From: Longimicrobiales bacterium
GTDB lineage: Bacteria > Gemmatimonadota > Gemmatimonadetes > Longimicrobiales > Gaopeijiaceae
Direction of reading: 5' to 3'
DNA: 64,000 nucleotides
Assembly: GCA_965249725.1 (NCBI GenBank)
Contig: CBDFMQ010000002.1
Coordinates: 896,001 to 960,000 of the forward strand
Below, piece after piece: positions 1-11,866 of the stretch; position 1 is the first letter of the stretch; each line of letters begins with the position of its first letter. The translations under genes were made by a program, and so were the position numbers. The notes beneath the pieces were generated by a model. That model was not told the DNA's origin and ran no database searches. It worked only from the letters and a program-made list of their open reading frames with translations.

Positions 1-2327
<2,327 letters not shown>

Positions 2328-2341
2328 CCGGCTGACGCGCC

Positions 2342-2935
2342 ATGACGGAACCCCGCGAAGAGGCCGGTAAAGTGACCGGCGGAGAGATCGCCGAGGAGGT
2401 GGCCCATGCCATTCGGATGGTGGTGCTGGACGTAGACGGTGTCCTCACCGATGGCGGGGTCTACATCGGGGCCGAACCTGGGGGCGAGACGCTCGAACTC
2501 AAGCGGTTCGACATTCAAGACGGCCTGGGCGTAAAGATGATGGTGTGGGCCGGGATCGAGGTGGTCATCGTATCAGGACGTGTGTCGGAGGCTACCTCCC
2601 GACGGGCCAGGGAGCTCGGAATCGTCGAATGCCATCAGGACCCGGGGGCTGCGAAGCTCCCTGTCGTACGTGACCTGCTCGAGACGCGTGATTGGGGCTG
2701 GGAGCAGACGGCGATGATGGGGGACGACCTCGCGGATCTGCCGGTCCTCGAGCGTGTCGGGTTGGCGGTTGCTGTGGCGAACGCCGTCCAGGAGGTGCAC
2801 GCCATCGCAGGATGGACAACGACGGCGGGGGGCGGAGCAGGAGCCGTGCGCGAGTTCGCACGGGCCCTACTGACGGCAAGGGGCGAGTGGGATGCACTGG
2901 TGCGGAAGTACTGCGATGACCGCGGGAGCTCCTGA
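2342..2935 (+). CDS. kdsC: KDO 8-phosphate phosphatase (HAD)
   Basis: LDVDGVLTDG, DGLG, SGR, MGDDLAD; kds context. Confidence 0.93.
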   Translation: MTEPREEAGKVTGGEIAEEVAHAIRMVVLDVDGVLTDGGVYIGAEPGGETLELKRFDIQDGLGVKMMVWAGIEVVIVSGRVSEATSRRARELGIVECHQDPGAAKLPVVRDLLETRDWGWEQTAMMGDDLADLPVLERVGLAVAVANAVQEVHAIAGWTTTAGGGAGAVREFARALLTARGEWDALVRKYCDDRGSS

Positions 2936-2938
2936 ACC

Positions 2939-3925
2939 ATGACCGATTCCGAAAACCCCACCGACGCCGAGCGCATTCTCCGCGAGGCCCGACGCGTGCT
3001 CGAAGTAGAGGCCCGGTCCGTAGAACGTGCGGCCGAGCGGTTGGGTCAGGATTTCGTCGAGGCCGTCGCCCTTCTAAAGAGCTGTAAGGGCCGCGTCATC
3101 GTGTCCGGCATCGGCAAGAGCGGGATTATCGGGCGTAAGGTCGCGGCCACGTTCACCTCGACCGGCACGGCCGCGAACTTCCTCCATCCCGTCGAGGGGC
3201 TTCACGGCGACCTCGGAATCGTGGGGGTCGGTGACGTCGCGCTGTTGATATCGAAGAGTGGGGAGACGTCGGAGTTGTCCGGATTGGTCGACTACTTCCT
3301 CCGAACGGGGGTCCCGATCATTGCCCTCACGGGTGAGAAGGACTCCCCGCTCTCGGCTCTTGCCGCGGTGGCGTTGGATTGTTCTGTGGAGGAGGAGGCC
3401 TGCCCGATGGATCTGGCTCCCACATCCTCGACCACCGTCACGCTGGCTGTCGGAGACGCGCTTGCCGTTGTGCTCCTTCAGGAGAAGGGCTTCAAGGAGG
3501 ACGATTTCGCCTTGCTGCATCCGGGCGGATCCCTGGGACGAAAGCTCACTACGCGTGTAGAAGACGTCATGATTGCCCAGGGATATCCACGACTTCGGGT
3601 CGAAGCCGCGGTGCGGGACTGCATCGTCCCTCTCGCTGAACAGCGGGGCACCGTGCCGATCGTCGATGACGGGGAGCGGGTGGTCGGAGTCGTGACCGCG
3701 GGGGATCTGACGCGCTTGATGGAGCAACGGGACGACTTTCTGGACGTTTCGGTCACGGATGCCATGACCGCGGAGCCCAGGGTGGCTCGCCCGGACGAGT
3801 TGGGGTCCGCGGCGATCCACCGGATGGAATCCCACGGGATCATGGCCCTGCCTGTGGTCGATGCGGACCATCGTTTGATCGGGATTGTACACCTTCATGA
3901 TCTTATGAAGGCAGGGGCTCTATAG
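2939..3925 (+). CDS. kdsD: Arabinose-5-phosphate isomerase (SIS + CBS)
   Basis: GIGKSG, HGDLG, SKSGET, EACP..LAPTSST, LHPGGSLG, C-terminal CBS pair. Confidence 0.96.
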   Translation: MTDSENPTDAERILREARRVLEVEARSVERAAERLGQDFVEAVALLKSCKGRVIVSGIGKSGIIGRKVAATFTSTGTAANFLHPVEGLHGDLGIVGVGDVALLISKSGETSELSGLVDYFLRTGVPIIALTGEKDSPLSALAAVALDCSVEEEACPMDLAPTSSTTVTLAVGDALAVVLLQEKGFKEDDFALLHPGGSLGRKLTTRVEDVMIAQGYPRLRVEAAVRDCIVPLAEQRGTVPIVDDGERVVGVVTAGDLTRLMEQRDDFLDVSVTDAMTAEPRVARPDELGSAAIHRMESHGIMALPVVDADHRLIGIVHLHDLMKAGAL

Positions 3926-3927
3926 TC

Positions 3928-4479
3928 ATGTCATATTGTCGGTTAGGCGGGTATGGCTTGGTCTTGATCGCAGGGTTGGCGGCGTGTGAGAGCCCGCGCC
4001 AAGACGCCGTGGTCGATCCGGCCTTGGAGAGCATCGAGGCTGACTACATCATCTTCGGAAATACCCACTACCTGACGCGCCAGGGCATCCGTGAAGCGCT
4101 CGTAGTGGCCGACACCGCCTATTTCTTCAACGATTCCACGGTGGTGTTGCTGAGGGGCAACGTCACGTTGACCGCCTACCATGAGGATCTCGGAACGGAG
4201 AAGGCGGTGGTCACGTCCGACCGGGGCCGACTGAATACCAACGACAACTCCATGCTCGCTCAGGGCAATGCCGTATTGGTGATTGCGGACGGCGAGCGCA
4301 GGATCGAGAGCTCACAGCTCAACTACCATCCGGATCAGGACCGGATTTGGAGCGACTCGGCCACGGTGATGTACGAGGATGAGAGCATTGTGGAGGGAAG
4401 CGGCTTCGACGCCGACCTCAACTTCACCCAGGTGCTGGTGCGAAATGCCCGGACGCGGGGCGGCACCGTCCGGTTCTGA
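3928..4479 (+). CDS. lptC: LPS export protein LptC-like (lipoprotein-type N-terminus)
   Basis: LAAC lipobox, beta-jellyroll-like pattern (GNAVL, IWSDS, EGSGF), position between kdsD and lptA/B. Confidence 0.75.
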   Translation: MSYCRLGGYGLVLIAGLAACESPRQDAVVDPALESIEADYIIFGNTHYLTRQGIREALVVADTAYFFNDSTVVLLRGNVTLTAYHEDLGTEKAVVTSDRGRLNTNDNSMLAQGNAVLVIADGERRIESSQLNYHPDQDRIWSDSATVMYEDESIVEGSGFDADLNFTQVLVRNARTRGGTVRF

Positions 4480-6188
4480 TGGGGCGCCTGCTCTCAGCGC
4501 TCGGCGTTCTAGCTGTCCTGTTCTTTTCCGTGGGGACCGATGTCACCGCACAGGATCGGACCTGCGACCTGATCGACTCCCGCCAGGTCAACTCGGTGAC
4601 ACAGACAGGCGGTCGGGTCAGCCATGTCGCCCTTCCGCGCTTTCTCTGTACCGACGGCACCCGAATCGAAGCCGATTCGTCGGTCACGTTCGAAGCCAAC
4701 TCCTTCACGCAGCTCTTCGGAAACGTGCTCTTCCGGGACGGCCCTCAGGAGCTGCTGGCCGAACGGGCCCAGTACTTCAGCCGTGCCGGCCGCCTGCAGG
4801 CCCAAGGCGCCGTCAAGCTCACGGACCTGGACGACGGCTCGACCATCACGGGCGAGAACCTGATCATGCTCCAGGCCGGGGACGAGCTTCCCGAGGACGA
4901 CCTGACCATGCGCGGCGGTCGCCCACATGCTCGTTTTCTCTCGAAGGCGGTGCCCGAGCCTGTGGACACATCGGCCGTCGAGGTCCCCGAGGTGGAGCCG
5001 ACGGACTCACTTGAAGTCGAAGTAGCCGAGGCGGCACCGACGGACTCCCTCGAAGTCGAAGCGCCCGAGGCCGAACCCACGGACTCCCTCGAAGTCGAGG
5101 TCCAGGAGCCTGTTCCCCCGGCACCTCCCACCCCGTTCGATGTCGATGCCGACCTCATTCGTCTCGTGGGAGACAGGCTGTTTCAGGCTCGGGGCCGTGT
5201 GGAGATCCGTCAGGACTCCCTGCTCGCCTATGGGGACTCTATGGAGTACAGGGAAGACGTCGGCATCCTGACGCTTTTTCACGATGCACGGATTCTGTCT
5301 CCGAACGAGGAGTCCGGTGATACGCTCGACATCCGGGGTGACACCATCGATATGCGGCTGCCCAGCAATCGGATCGATGAGCTCGAGGCTCGCGGGCACG
5401 CTCAGCTGGTGACGGAGTCGGTCGAAATGAAGGGACCCACCGTCCGGATTTTCTTCTTCTTGGAAGAGTTGGATCGCATCGTCTCGGTCCTCGGTGACCA
5501 GCCGGAAGAGGTCGAGGAGGTGCCGGAGTCGCTCGATCAGGTCGAGGACTCACTTGCCGTTGCTTTCGAGGACCCTTTCGCTCGCCCTCGGGCCACGGCG
5601 GAGGACTTTCTCCTGACGGGGGACTCCATCGAAGTGACGGCGCCCGGTGGCGAGCTGGAGACGGTCTTTGCCTTCGGGGGTGCACACGGTGTCTCGAGTG
5701 GTCGGGATTCTCTGAATGCCGGGGATGCGCCTGAGCTGATTCGGAGCGATTGGATCGAAGGCCAGACCATCACGGCCACGTTCGTCGACAACCTCGGCGA
5801 TTCAACCTCCTTACCTGCTCCGGCTCTGGAAGAGGGACAGAACCGCTATCGGTTGGACATGCTCGTGGCCCAGGGGGCGGCTCGGAGCTTCTACCGTTCT
5901 GCCCCGGACTCGACCGTTGAAGACGGCTCCGGAACGAGTTCCCTCGAACTCAACTATGTACTCGGTGACGAGATCAGGCTGTTCATGGAGGACGGAGAAG
6001 TGGATCGTATGGAGGTGGACAACGCCACCGGGGCCTATTTCCAGCCCGAGCGAGGCGTTGGGCCCCCTATGACCGATTCCTTGCCGCCTTCGCCTCCCGA
6101 CACGGCTACGGTACCACGCGAATCCAGCAACCCTGGACAGGAAAGCGGCACGAATGAGCGACTACAAGCCCGATCCCGAAATCGCTGA
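4479..6188 (+). CDS. Long OstA/LptA-like beta-jellyroll protein
   Basis: Signal peptide, repeated ADS/GNV/GDTI-type strands, position between lptC and lptB. Confidence 0.7.
   Translation: MGRLLSALGVLAVLFFSVGTDVTAQDRTCDLIDSRQVNSVTQTGGRVSHVALPRFLCTDGTRIEADSSVTFEANSFTQLFGNVLFRDGPQELLAERAQYFSRAGRLQAQGAVKLTDLDDGSTITGENLIMLQAGDELPEDDLTMRGGRPHARFLSKAVPEPVDTSAVEVPEVEPTDSLEVEVAEAAPTDSLEVEAPEAEPTDSLEVEVQEPVPPAPPTPFDVDADLIRLVGDRLFQARGRVEIRQDSLLAYGDSMEYREDVGILTLFHDARILSPNEESGDTLDIRGDTIDMRLPSNRIDELEARGHAQLVTESVEMKGPTVRIFFFLEELDRIVSVLGDQPEEVEEVPESLDQVEDSLAVAFEDPFARPRATAEDFLLTGDSIEVTAPGGELETVFAFGGAHGVSSGRDSLNAGDAPELIRSDWIEGQTITATFVDNLGDSTSLPAPALEEGQNRYRLDMLVAQGAARSFYRSAPDSTVEDGSGTSSLELNYVLGDEIRLFMEDGEVDRMEVDNATGAYFQPERGVGPPMTDSLPPSPPDTATVPRESSNPGQESGTNERLQARSRNR
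4998..5100 (+). repeat. 39-bp intragenic tandem repeat x3 (PTDSLEVE)
   Basis: Near-identical units at 4998, 5037, 5076. Confidence 0.9.
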
Positions 6189-7059
6189 AGCGCCCGCGGT
6201 GGGTGCTCCGGTGGGTGCTCCGGTGGGTGCCGCTATCTCCCCGACGCTGACCGCGACGAGCCGTCTTCAAGGCGAGGGCCTGACCAAGATCTACCGCAAG
6301 CGGCGCGTCGTCGACGGAATCGCCATTTCGGTGGAGCAGGGCGAGATCGTCGGCTTGCTGGGGCCGAACGGTGCAGGGAAGACCACGACCTTCTATATGA
6401 TCGTAGGGCTCATCCCTCCCGACGACGGAAGGGTCTTCCTGGACGAAGAAGAGCTTACCGACGTTCCCATGTACCGCCGAGCGCGGATGGGAGTGGGTTA
6501 CCTCGCGCAGGAACCGTCGGTTTTCCGAAAACTGACCGTAGAACAGAACGTGAAGGCCATTCTCGAGACGCTCAAGCTCCCGAAGGCCGAGGAGAAAGCC
6601 CGCCTGGAGGAGTTGCTTGCGGAGTTGTCCCTGGGTCATCTGCGAGACAGCAAGGCCTACTCGCTATCGGGCGGAGAGCGCCGACGCCTCGAAATCACTC
6701 GGGCGTTGGTCCAACGACCCAAGTTCATGCTCCTCGACGAGCCCTTTGCAGGCATCGATCCGATCGCCGTCCACGACATTCAAGACATCGTGGCCAGCCT
6801 GAAGCAGAGAGGGATCGGGGTCATCATCTCGGATCACAACGTGGAACAGACCCTGGAGATCGTGGACCGGGCGTACATTATGTATGAGGGGCGGATTCAG
6901 GTCAGCGGCAGCGTTTCGGAGCTGGTTTGGAACGAAGAGGTCGCCGAGATCTACCTGGGACCGACCCTGACAGAACGCATGCGTAGCCGTTACGAGCCGC
7001 CTGCGAGCGAGAGCGGCATGGTCGGGTCGCATGAGGCGACTGACGAGACCGATTCGTAG
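6154..7059 (+). CDS. lptB: LPS export ABC ATPase
   Basis: [47 protein letters not shown]. Confidence 0.96.
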   Translation: MSDYKPDPEIAEAPAVGAPVGAPVGAAISPTLTATSRLQGEGLTKIYRKRRVVDGIAISVEQGEIVGLLGPNGAGKTTTFYMIVGLIPPDDGRVFLDEEELTDVPMYRRARMGVGYLAQEPSVFRKLTVEQNVKAILETLKLPKAEEKARLEELLAELSLGHLRDSKAYSLSGGERRRLEITRALVQRPKFMLLDEPFAGIDPIAVHDIQDIVASLKQRGIGVIISDHNVEQTLEIVDRAYIMYEGRIQVSGSVSELVWNEEVAEIYLGPTLTERMRSRYEPPASESGMVGSHEATDETDS

Positions 7060-7077
7060 TTCGATGCAACGGACTCG

Positions 7078-8583
7078 ATGAGCGGATTCAACACGAGGCT
7101 CTTCCAGAGCCAACAGCTCCGACAGGAGATGAAGATCAACCCTCGCCTGTACCAGGCGATGGAGTTGCTCTACATGCCCCTCCTGGACCTCCAGCAACAC
7201 CTGAAGACCGAGATGGAAGAAAACCCGTTCTTGGAGATGACGGAGGCTGACGTTCAGGACGAGGTGGAACTCCAGGAGGACGACAAAGACGAATCGCCCG
7301 AAGACGATATCGATTGGGAGGAGATCCTCCTGGACGGCTTCGACGTTGGCGGGCGACGGGAGCAATACGAGGCCAAGGAGCTCTTTCAGCGAGCCCCGGT
7401 GGAGACAACGGATCTGAGAGATCATCTCCACGATCAGCTCCGCATGCTCGACATTGCCGAACGCGAGATGCGACTCGGGGAAGAGATCATCGGAAACGTC
7501 AATGACGTGGGTACGCTCACGTGCGATCTCGACGCCGTGGTGCTCGGAGTGAACGACTGGCTGGCCGACCTACGCCCGACGGCCCAAGCGGAAGTCGACG
7601 CGATCGAAGACCATGAGGAACAGAAGGCCGGACGAGCGGAGTTGGAGGAGCTCTTCAGGCCGTATGGGACGGACGAAGCCGAGGCGATGCTCACCACCGT
7701 GCAGGCGTTCGACCCCGCCGGTGTAGCTGCGAGGGACCTGCGTGAGTCGATCCTCATTCAGCTCCGCATGTTGGGGAGGGGTGATTCCCAGACGTACGAC
7801 GTGGTAGCGAGCCACTTCGAGGACCTCATCAACCACCGTTGGGCCGATGTCGCCCGTGCGTTGGGTCTCAAGCCTATCGAGGTCCAGGACGTGGCCGACG
7901 AGATAGCCAAGCTCGATCCCAAGCCCGGACTCAAGTACTCGCCCGACCCCGAGCGCTACATCATTCCCGACCTCATCGTCGAGAAGATCGACGGCGAGTA
8001 CATGGTGTTCGTGAATGACACGAGCCTCCCGCGTCTCCGGCTCTCTCAGTCGTATCGGGACGTGGCCCGTGACAAGGGACAGTTCAAGGGCGAGAACAAG
8101 GAGTTCATCTCGCGCAAGCTGAACTCGGCCAACTGGATGATCCAGGCGATCGAGCAGCGCCGGCAGACGATGCTGAAGGTCATGGGGTTCATCGTGGACC
8201 GGCAGCGGGACTTCTTCGAGTATGGTGTCCAACACCTGAAGCCTCTCACGCTGCGTGAGGTGGCCGACCACATCGAGATGCACGAATCCACGGTCTCGAG
8301 AGTCACCAACGAGAAGTACGTGCAGACTCCGCGTGGCGTGATCTCGCTCAAATTTTTCTTCTCCAGCGGACTCGCCACCACAAGCGGAGAGGACATCTCG
8401 GCGAGGGGTGTGAAGGACAAAATGCAGAAACTGGTCGACGAGGAGGATGCCCGGAAACCCCTCACGGACCAGAAGATCGTGGAGCTTCTCAAGGTCGACG
8501 GCGTGAAAATCGCCCGGCGCACCGTAGCGAAGTACCGTGACCAGTTGGCCATCCTGCCAGCCCGTATGCGGAAGCGAGTCTGA
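7078..8583 (+). CDS. rpoN: RNA polymerase sigma-54 factor
   Basis: ENPFLE, LKPLTL..VA, HESTVSR, RpoN box ARRTVAKYR. Confidence 0.97.
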   Translation: MSGFNTRLFQSQQLRQEMKINPRLYQAMELLYMPLLDLQQHLKTEMEENPFLEMTEADVQDEVELQEDDKDESPEDDIDWEEILLDGFDVGGRREQYEAKELFQRAPVETTDLRDHLHDQLRMLDIAEREMRLGEEIIGNVNDVGTLTCDLDAVVLGVNDWLADLRPTAQAEVDAIEDHEEQKAGRAELEELFRPYGTDEAEAMLTTVQAFDPAGVAARDLRESILIQLRMLGRGDSQTYDVVASHFEDLINHRWADVARALGLKPIEVQDVADEIAKLDPKPGLKYSPDPERYIIPDLIVEKIDGEYMVFVNDTSLPRLRLSQSYRDVARDKGQFKGENKEFISRKLNSANWMIQAIEQRRQTMLKVMGFIVDRQRDFFEYGVQHLKPLTLREVADHIEMHESTVSRVTNEKYVQTPRGVISLKFFFSSGLATTSGEDISARGVKDKMQKLVDEEDARKPLTDQKIVELLKVDGVKIARRTVAKYRDQLAILPARMRKRV

Positions 8584-9545
8584 TGGGTCAGACTGTGGAA
8601 ACGCGGGGTACTTCCGGCTCATTGTCGGATGAAGCCCGCCGTGACTTCGCCGTAGTCATTCCGGCGTTCAACGAGGCTCCGGTTGTATCCGACCTCATCG
8701 CCGAGCTCAAGGCCACGTTCCAACGCTTCGAGTTGGACGGAGAGATTCTCGTGGTGGACGATGGTTCCACCGACGGCACGGGAGATCTGGCAGAACGGGA
8801 GGCCGACGGCTGGAGTCCCTTAAGCGTGCTACGGCATCGGACCAATCTGGGAAAGACCGAGGCGATGCTCACGGCCGCGCGGTCCACCGATCGGACGTAC
8901 CTGATACTCTTCGACGCCGATCTGCAGCACTTGCCGGACGAAATTCCTCGGTTTCTCGAGGCGCTCCACGCCGGCTCGGACATCGTTACGGGGCGCAAGG
9001 TGGGTGCGTACAACAAGCGAGCCGTCTCGTCGCTCTACAACGGTTTGAGCCGACGAATCTTCCGGGTGCCGGTAAGTGACCTCAACTCCATGAAGGCCTT
9101 CCGGCGCGAGATCCTGGAAGAACTCCATCTTCGCCATGATTGGCATCGTTTCTTCGTAGTCTTGGCTCACGCACGCGGGTACTCGGTGAGTGAGATCGAC
9201 ATCGATCTGCATCCCAGGCGAGCCGGGACGTCGAAGTACACGGGGTTCTTTCGGATCGTGGTAGGAATGATGGACCTCCTCTCGGTATGGTTCCTCCTCC
9301 TTTTTTCCCGAAAGCCCCTCATCCTCTTTGGATTCAGTGGAGTGGTGCTCGTCGGTCTGGGCGCCGTGGTGGGCGCGGTCGCCTTCTACCTCCGCTTCGT
9401 GGAGGGCTTCGGCTTCCGTCCACTGTTGTATCTGGTCATCCTGCTCGAAACCGTGGGCTTCCTCCTCGTCGGCTTCGGACTGATCGCCGAGATGGTTGCA
9501 CAGCTCAGGGAAGAGGTCGACTCCCTCAGGCACGGCAAGCGTTGA
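8583..9545 (+). CDS. GT2 polyprenyl-phosphate glycosyltransferase (ArnC/GtrB-like) with two C-terminal TM helices
   Basis: IPAFNE, VDDGSTD, DADLQH, hydrophobic C-terminus. Confidence 0.9.
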   Translation: MGQTVETRGTSGSLSDEARRDFAVVIPAFNEAPVVSDLIAELKATFQRFELDGEILVVDDGSTDGTGDLAEREADGWSPLSVLRHRTNLGKTEAMLTAARSTDRTYLILFDADLQHLPDEIPRFLEALHAGSDIVTGRKVGAYNKRAVSSLYNGLSRRIFRVPVSDLNSMKAFRREILEELHLRHDWHRFFVVLAHARGYSVSEIDIDLHPRRAGTSKYTGFFRIVVGMMDLLSVWFLLLFSRKPLILFGFSGVVLVGLGAVVGAVAFYLRFVEGFGFRPLLYLVILLETVGFLLVGFGLIAEMVAQLREEVDSLRHGKR

Positions 9546-10729
9546 CCGGGTCCTCCGACCGACCTCCGCGCGTTCTCGCCGTGGTCGGGACGCGGCCGGA
9601 AGCCATCAAGATGGCCCCGGTCGTGGCCGCGCTCGGTAAGAGCGATCTCGTCGAGACCCGCCTCGCTCTGACGGGGCAGCACAGCGACCTGCTCGACCAG
9701 GCGCTGGAGGCCTTTGGACTCGCCCCGGACTACGACCTGGGGATCATGCGTCCGGGCCAGACCCTCTACGACGTGGCGCAGGGGTGTATCGAGGGCCTCA
9801 AGGACGTGGTCCAGGGCTGGGAGCCCGACATGGTGCTGGTCCAGGGGGATACGGCCACCGTGTTTTTCGCGTCTTTGGTCGGCTTCTTCGAGAAGGTCAG
9901 GGTCGGGCACATCGAAGCCGGCCTGCGCTCCGGAGACAAATGGGCACCGTTCCCGGAAGAGGTATTTCGCCGGCTCACCGACGTGATCACGGACCTCCAC
10001 TTTGCTCCCACGTCGAGAGCTGCCGAGACGCTGTTGGCTGAAGGGGTGAAGCCGGAACACGTCTACGTAACCGGCAATACCGTGGTGGACGCCCTGCTCG
10101 ACGCGACCGCTACCGAGCGAGCACCGGAGGATGCGTCCTTGACCCGTATCCTCGCCGATGAAGATCGACGCCTGGTTCTCCTGACCGCTCATCGCCGCGA
10201 GTCGTTCGGCCAACCTCTGAGAGACGTTTTTTCGGCGGTACGCCAGATCGCAGATGACCATCCGGACGTTGAGGTCCTCTATCCGGTACACCCCAACCCC
10301 AACGTCACCGCGCCCGCTTCGGAACTGCTTGGCGATCATCCTCGGATCAACCTCGTGGAGCCCCTCGCCTACCTCGATCTGGTGACGGCCCTGCGCCACG
10401 CCCACCTGGTCCTCACGGACTCCGGGGGCATTCAGGAAGAGGCGCCCACCTTCGGTGTGCCCGTGTTGGTGCTCCGGGACGTCACCGAGAGGCCAGAAGG
10501 CGTCGAGGCCGGCGTGGCACGGCTCGTCGGCACAAACGGGGCACGCATCGTGGGGGAGGCTCACGAGCTGCTTGCCCGGAGTGGCCATTCCTCCGGCGAC
10601 GGAGCCAGTGCCGCGTCCAGTGCACCCAACCCTTATGGAGACGGGAGGGCAGGGGAGCGTATCGCCGATATCGTGATTTCGACCCTGACCGGTGCCGGTC
10701 GCTCGACCCAGGATTGGGAGGGGCCGTGA
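9542..10729 (+). CDS. wecB: UDP-N-acetylglucosamine 2-epimerase (non-hydrolysing)
   Basis: GTRPEAIKMAP, TGQH, QGDT, HIEAGLRS, HRRE, DSGGIQEEAP; TTG start at 9542 inferred from overlap with upstream stop. Confidence 0.95.
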   Translation: MTGSSDRPPRVLAVVGTRPEAIKMAPVVAALGKSDLVETRLALTGQHSDLLDQALEAFGLAPDYDLGIMRPGQTLYDVAQGCIEGLKDVVQGWEPDMVLVQGDTATVFFASLVGFFEKVRVGHIEAGLRSGDKWAPFPEEVFRRLTDVITDLHFAPTSRAAETLLAEGVKPEHVYVTGNTVVDALLDATATERAPEDASLTRILADEDRRLVLLTAHRRESFGQPLRDVFSAVRQIADDHPDVEVLYPVHPNPNVTAPASELLGDHPRINLVEPLAYLDLVTALRHAHLVLTDSGGIQEEAPTFGVPVLVLRDVTERPEGVEAGVARLVGTNGARIVGEAHELLARSGHSSGDGASAASSAPNPYGDGRAGERIADIVISTLTGAGRSTQDWEGP

Positions 10730-11856
10730 ACGTGGCCATGCACTGCGTCTACTTTCCTCCCGAAGTTGGCGGACTGGAGAGCCATGTCCACTATCTCTGC
10801 CGAGGCCTCGTGGACAGAGGATGTGGCGTCTCGATCGTCACGTCCCGTTCCCGGCGGGGCCTCCCGTCCTACGAGGTCATGGACGGCATCCAGATCTGGC
10901 GGACCTGGATGCCCGCGAGGAATACGCTGGGTTGGTCCCTTCACGGAGCGAGTTCCACGCCGAGGCTCGGTCAGGTGGCACTCAAGGCCGACATCATTCA
11001 TGCGCAGGCGTTTCAGTCGGTCCTTCCTGCATTCGTGGCCAAGCAGGCCGCGAAGATCCCGCTGGTCTCGACCTGGCATACGTCCCACTTCCTGAAGAGG
11101 GCCGACAGTCCGTTTTGGCGCCCCATCTTCCAACGACTGCTTCGATGGTCCGACCACAACCTGGCGGCCAGCGTCGAGATCGCTGAGGTGGGCGAAGGCA
11201 TCGCCCCGGGAGTGCGTGTGGAGCCTCTCACCAACGGAGTGGAGACCAGTGTCTTTCGCCGCGTGCCTCCGACCCTTCCCGCGTCGGAGAGAAGGCGCGT
11301 CATCGTGCCGCGGCGCCTGTTCCACAAGAACGGCGTGGAGTTCCTGGTAAAGGCTCTGCCCCTCATTGCCGAGGAGGTGGACGTAGAGGCCGTGGTGGTG
11401 GGTGACGGGCCCGAGAGGGAGACCCTGGAGGCCTTGGCCGGGGAGCTGGGGATGACGGACCGCATCCGCTTTCTGGGCGCGCACACCCACGCTGAGATGC
11501 CGGGGCTTCTCAGCTCCGCCGAGCTCGCGATCTTCCCTTCGCTGATGGAGGCCACCTCGGTGGCCGCTCTCGAGTGCATGGCCTGTGAGGTGCCCGTGGC
11601 GGCTTCCGACGTAGGCGGCCTTCCACAGTTGATCGACGGAGAGGTGGGCGGGTTGTTCGAGGCCGGGAATCCCACCGCCTTGGCCCGGACCGTCGTCGCG
11701 CTTCTGCGTCGAGACGACCTTCCCGCTTTGGGAGCCCGAGCGCGTGCGCGGGTGGTGGAGAGATGGAGCAACGCTCGCCTGGTCGACCGGCATCTCGAGG
11801 TGTATGGGGACCTCATCGAGAAGCGACGGTCCTCCGCGCATCAAGCGTCCGCGTGA
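10726..11856 (+). CDS. GT4 family glycosyltransferase
   Basis: YFPPEVGGLE, NGV, GDGPER, E-x7-E (EATSVAALE), SDVGG; start inferred. Confidence 0.9.
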   Translation: MNVAMHCVYFPPEVGGLESHVHYLCRGLVDRGCGVSIVTSRSRRGLPSYEVMDGIQIWRTWMPARNTLGWSLHGASSTPRLGQVALKADIIHAQAFQSVLPAFVAKQAAKIPLVSTWHTSHFLKRADSPFWRPIFQRLLRWSDHNLAASVEIAEVGEGIAPGVRVEPLTNGVETSVFRRVPPTLPASERRRVIVPRRLFHKNGVEFLVKALPLIAEEVDVEAVVVGDGPERETLEALAGELGMTDRIRFLGAHTHAEMPGLLSSAELAIFPSLMEATSVAALECMACEVPVAASDVGGLPQLIDGEVGGLFEAGNPTALARTVVALLRRDDLPALGARARARVVERWSNARLVDRHLEVYGDLIEKRRSSAHQASA

Positions 11857-11866
11857 GAGGAGACTA

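Noticed and set aside
9287..9541. N-terminal extensions in the ORF track (wecB, YfhO, qhpD, HisC-like, DUF3179, 15857 ORF)
   Set aside because: They overlap neighbouring genes or read as non-protein-like; downstream starts with RBS or coupling fit better.
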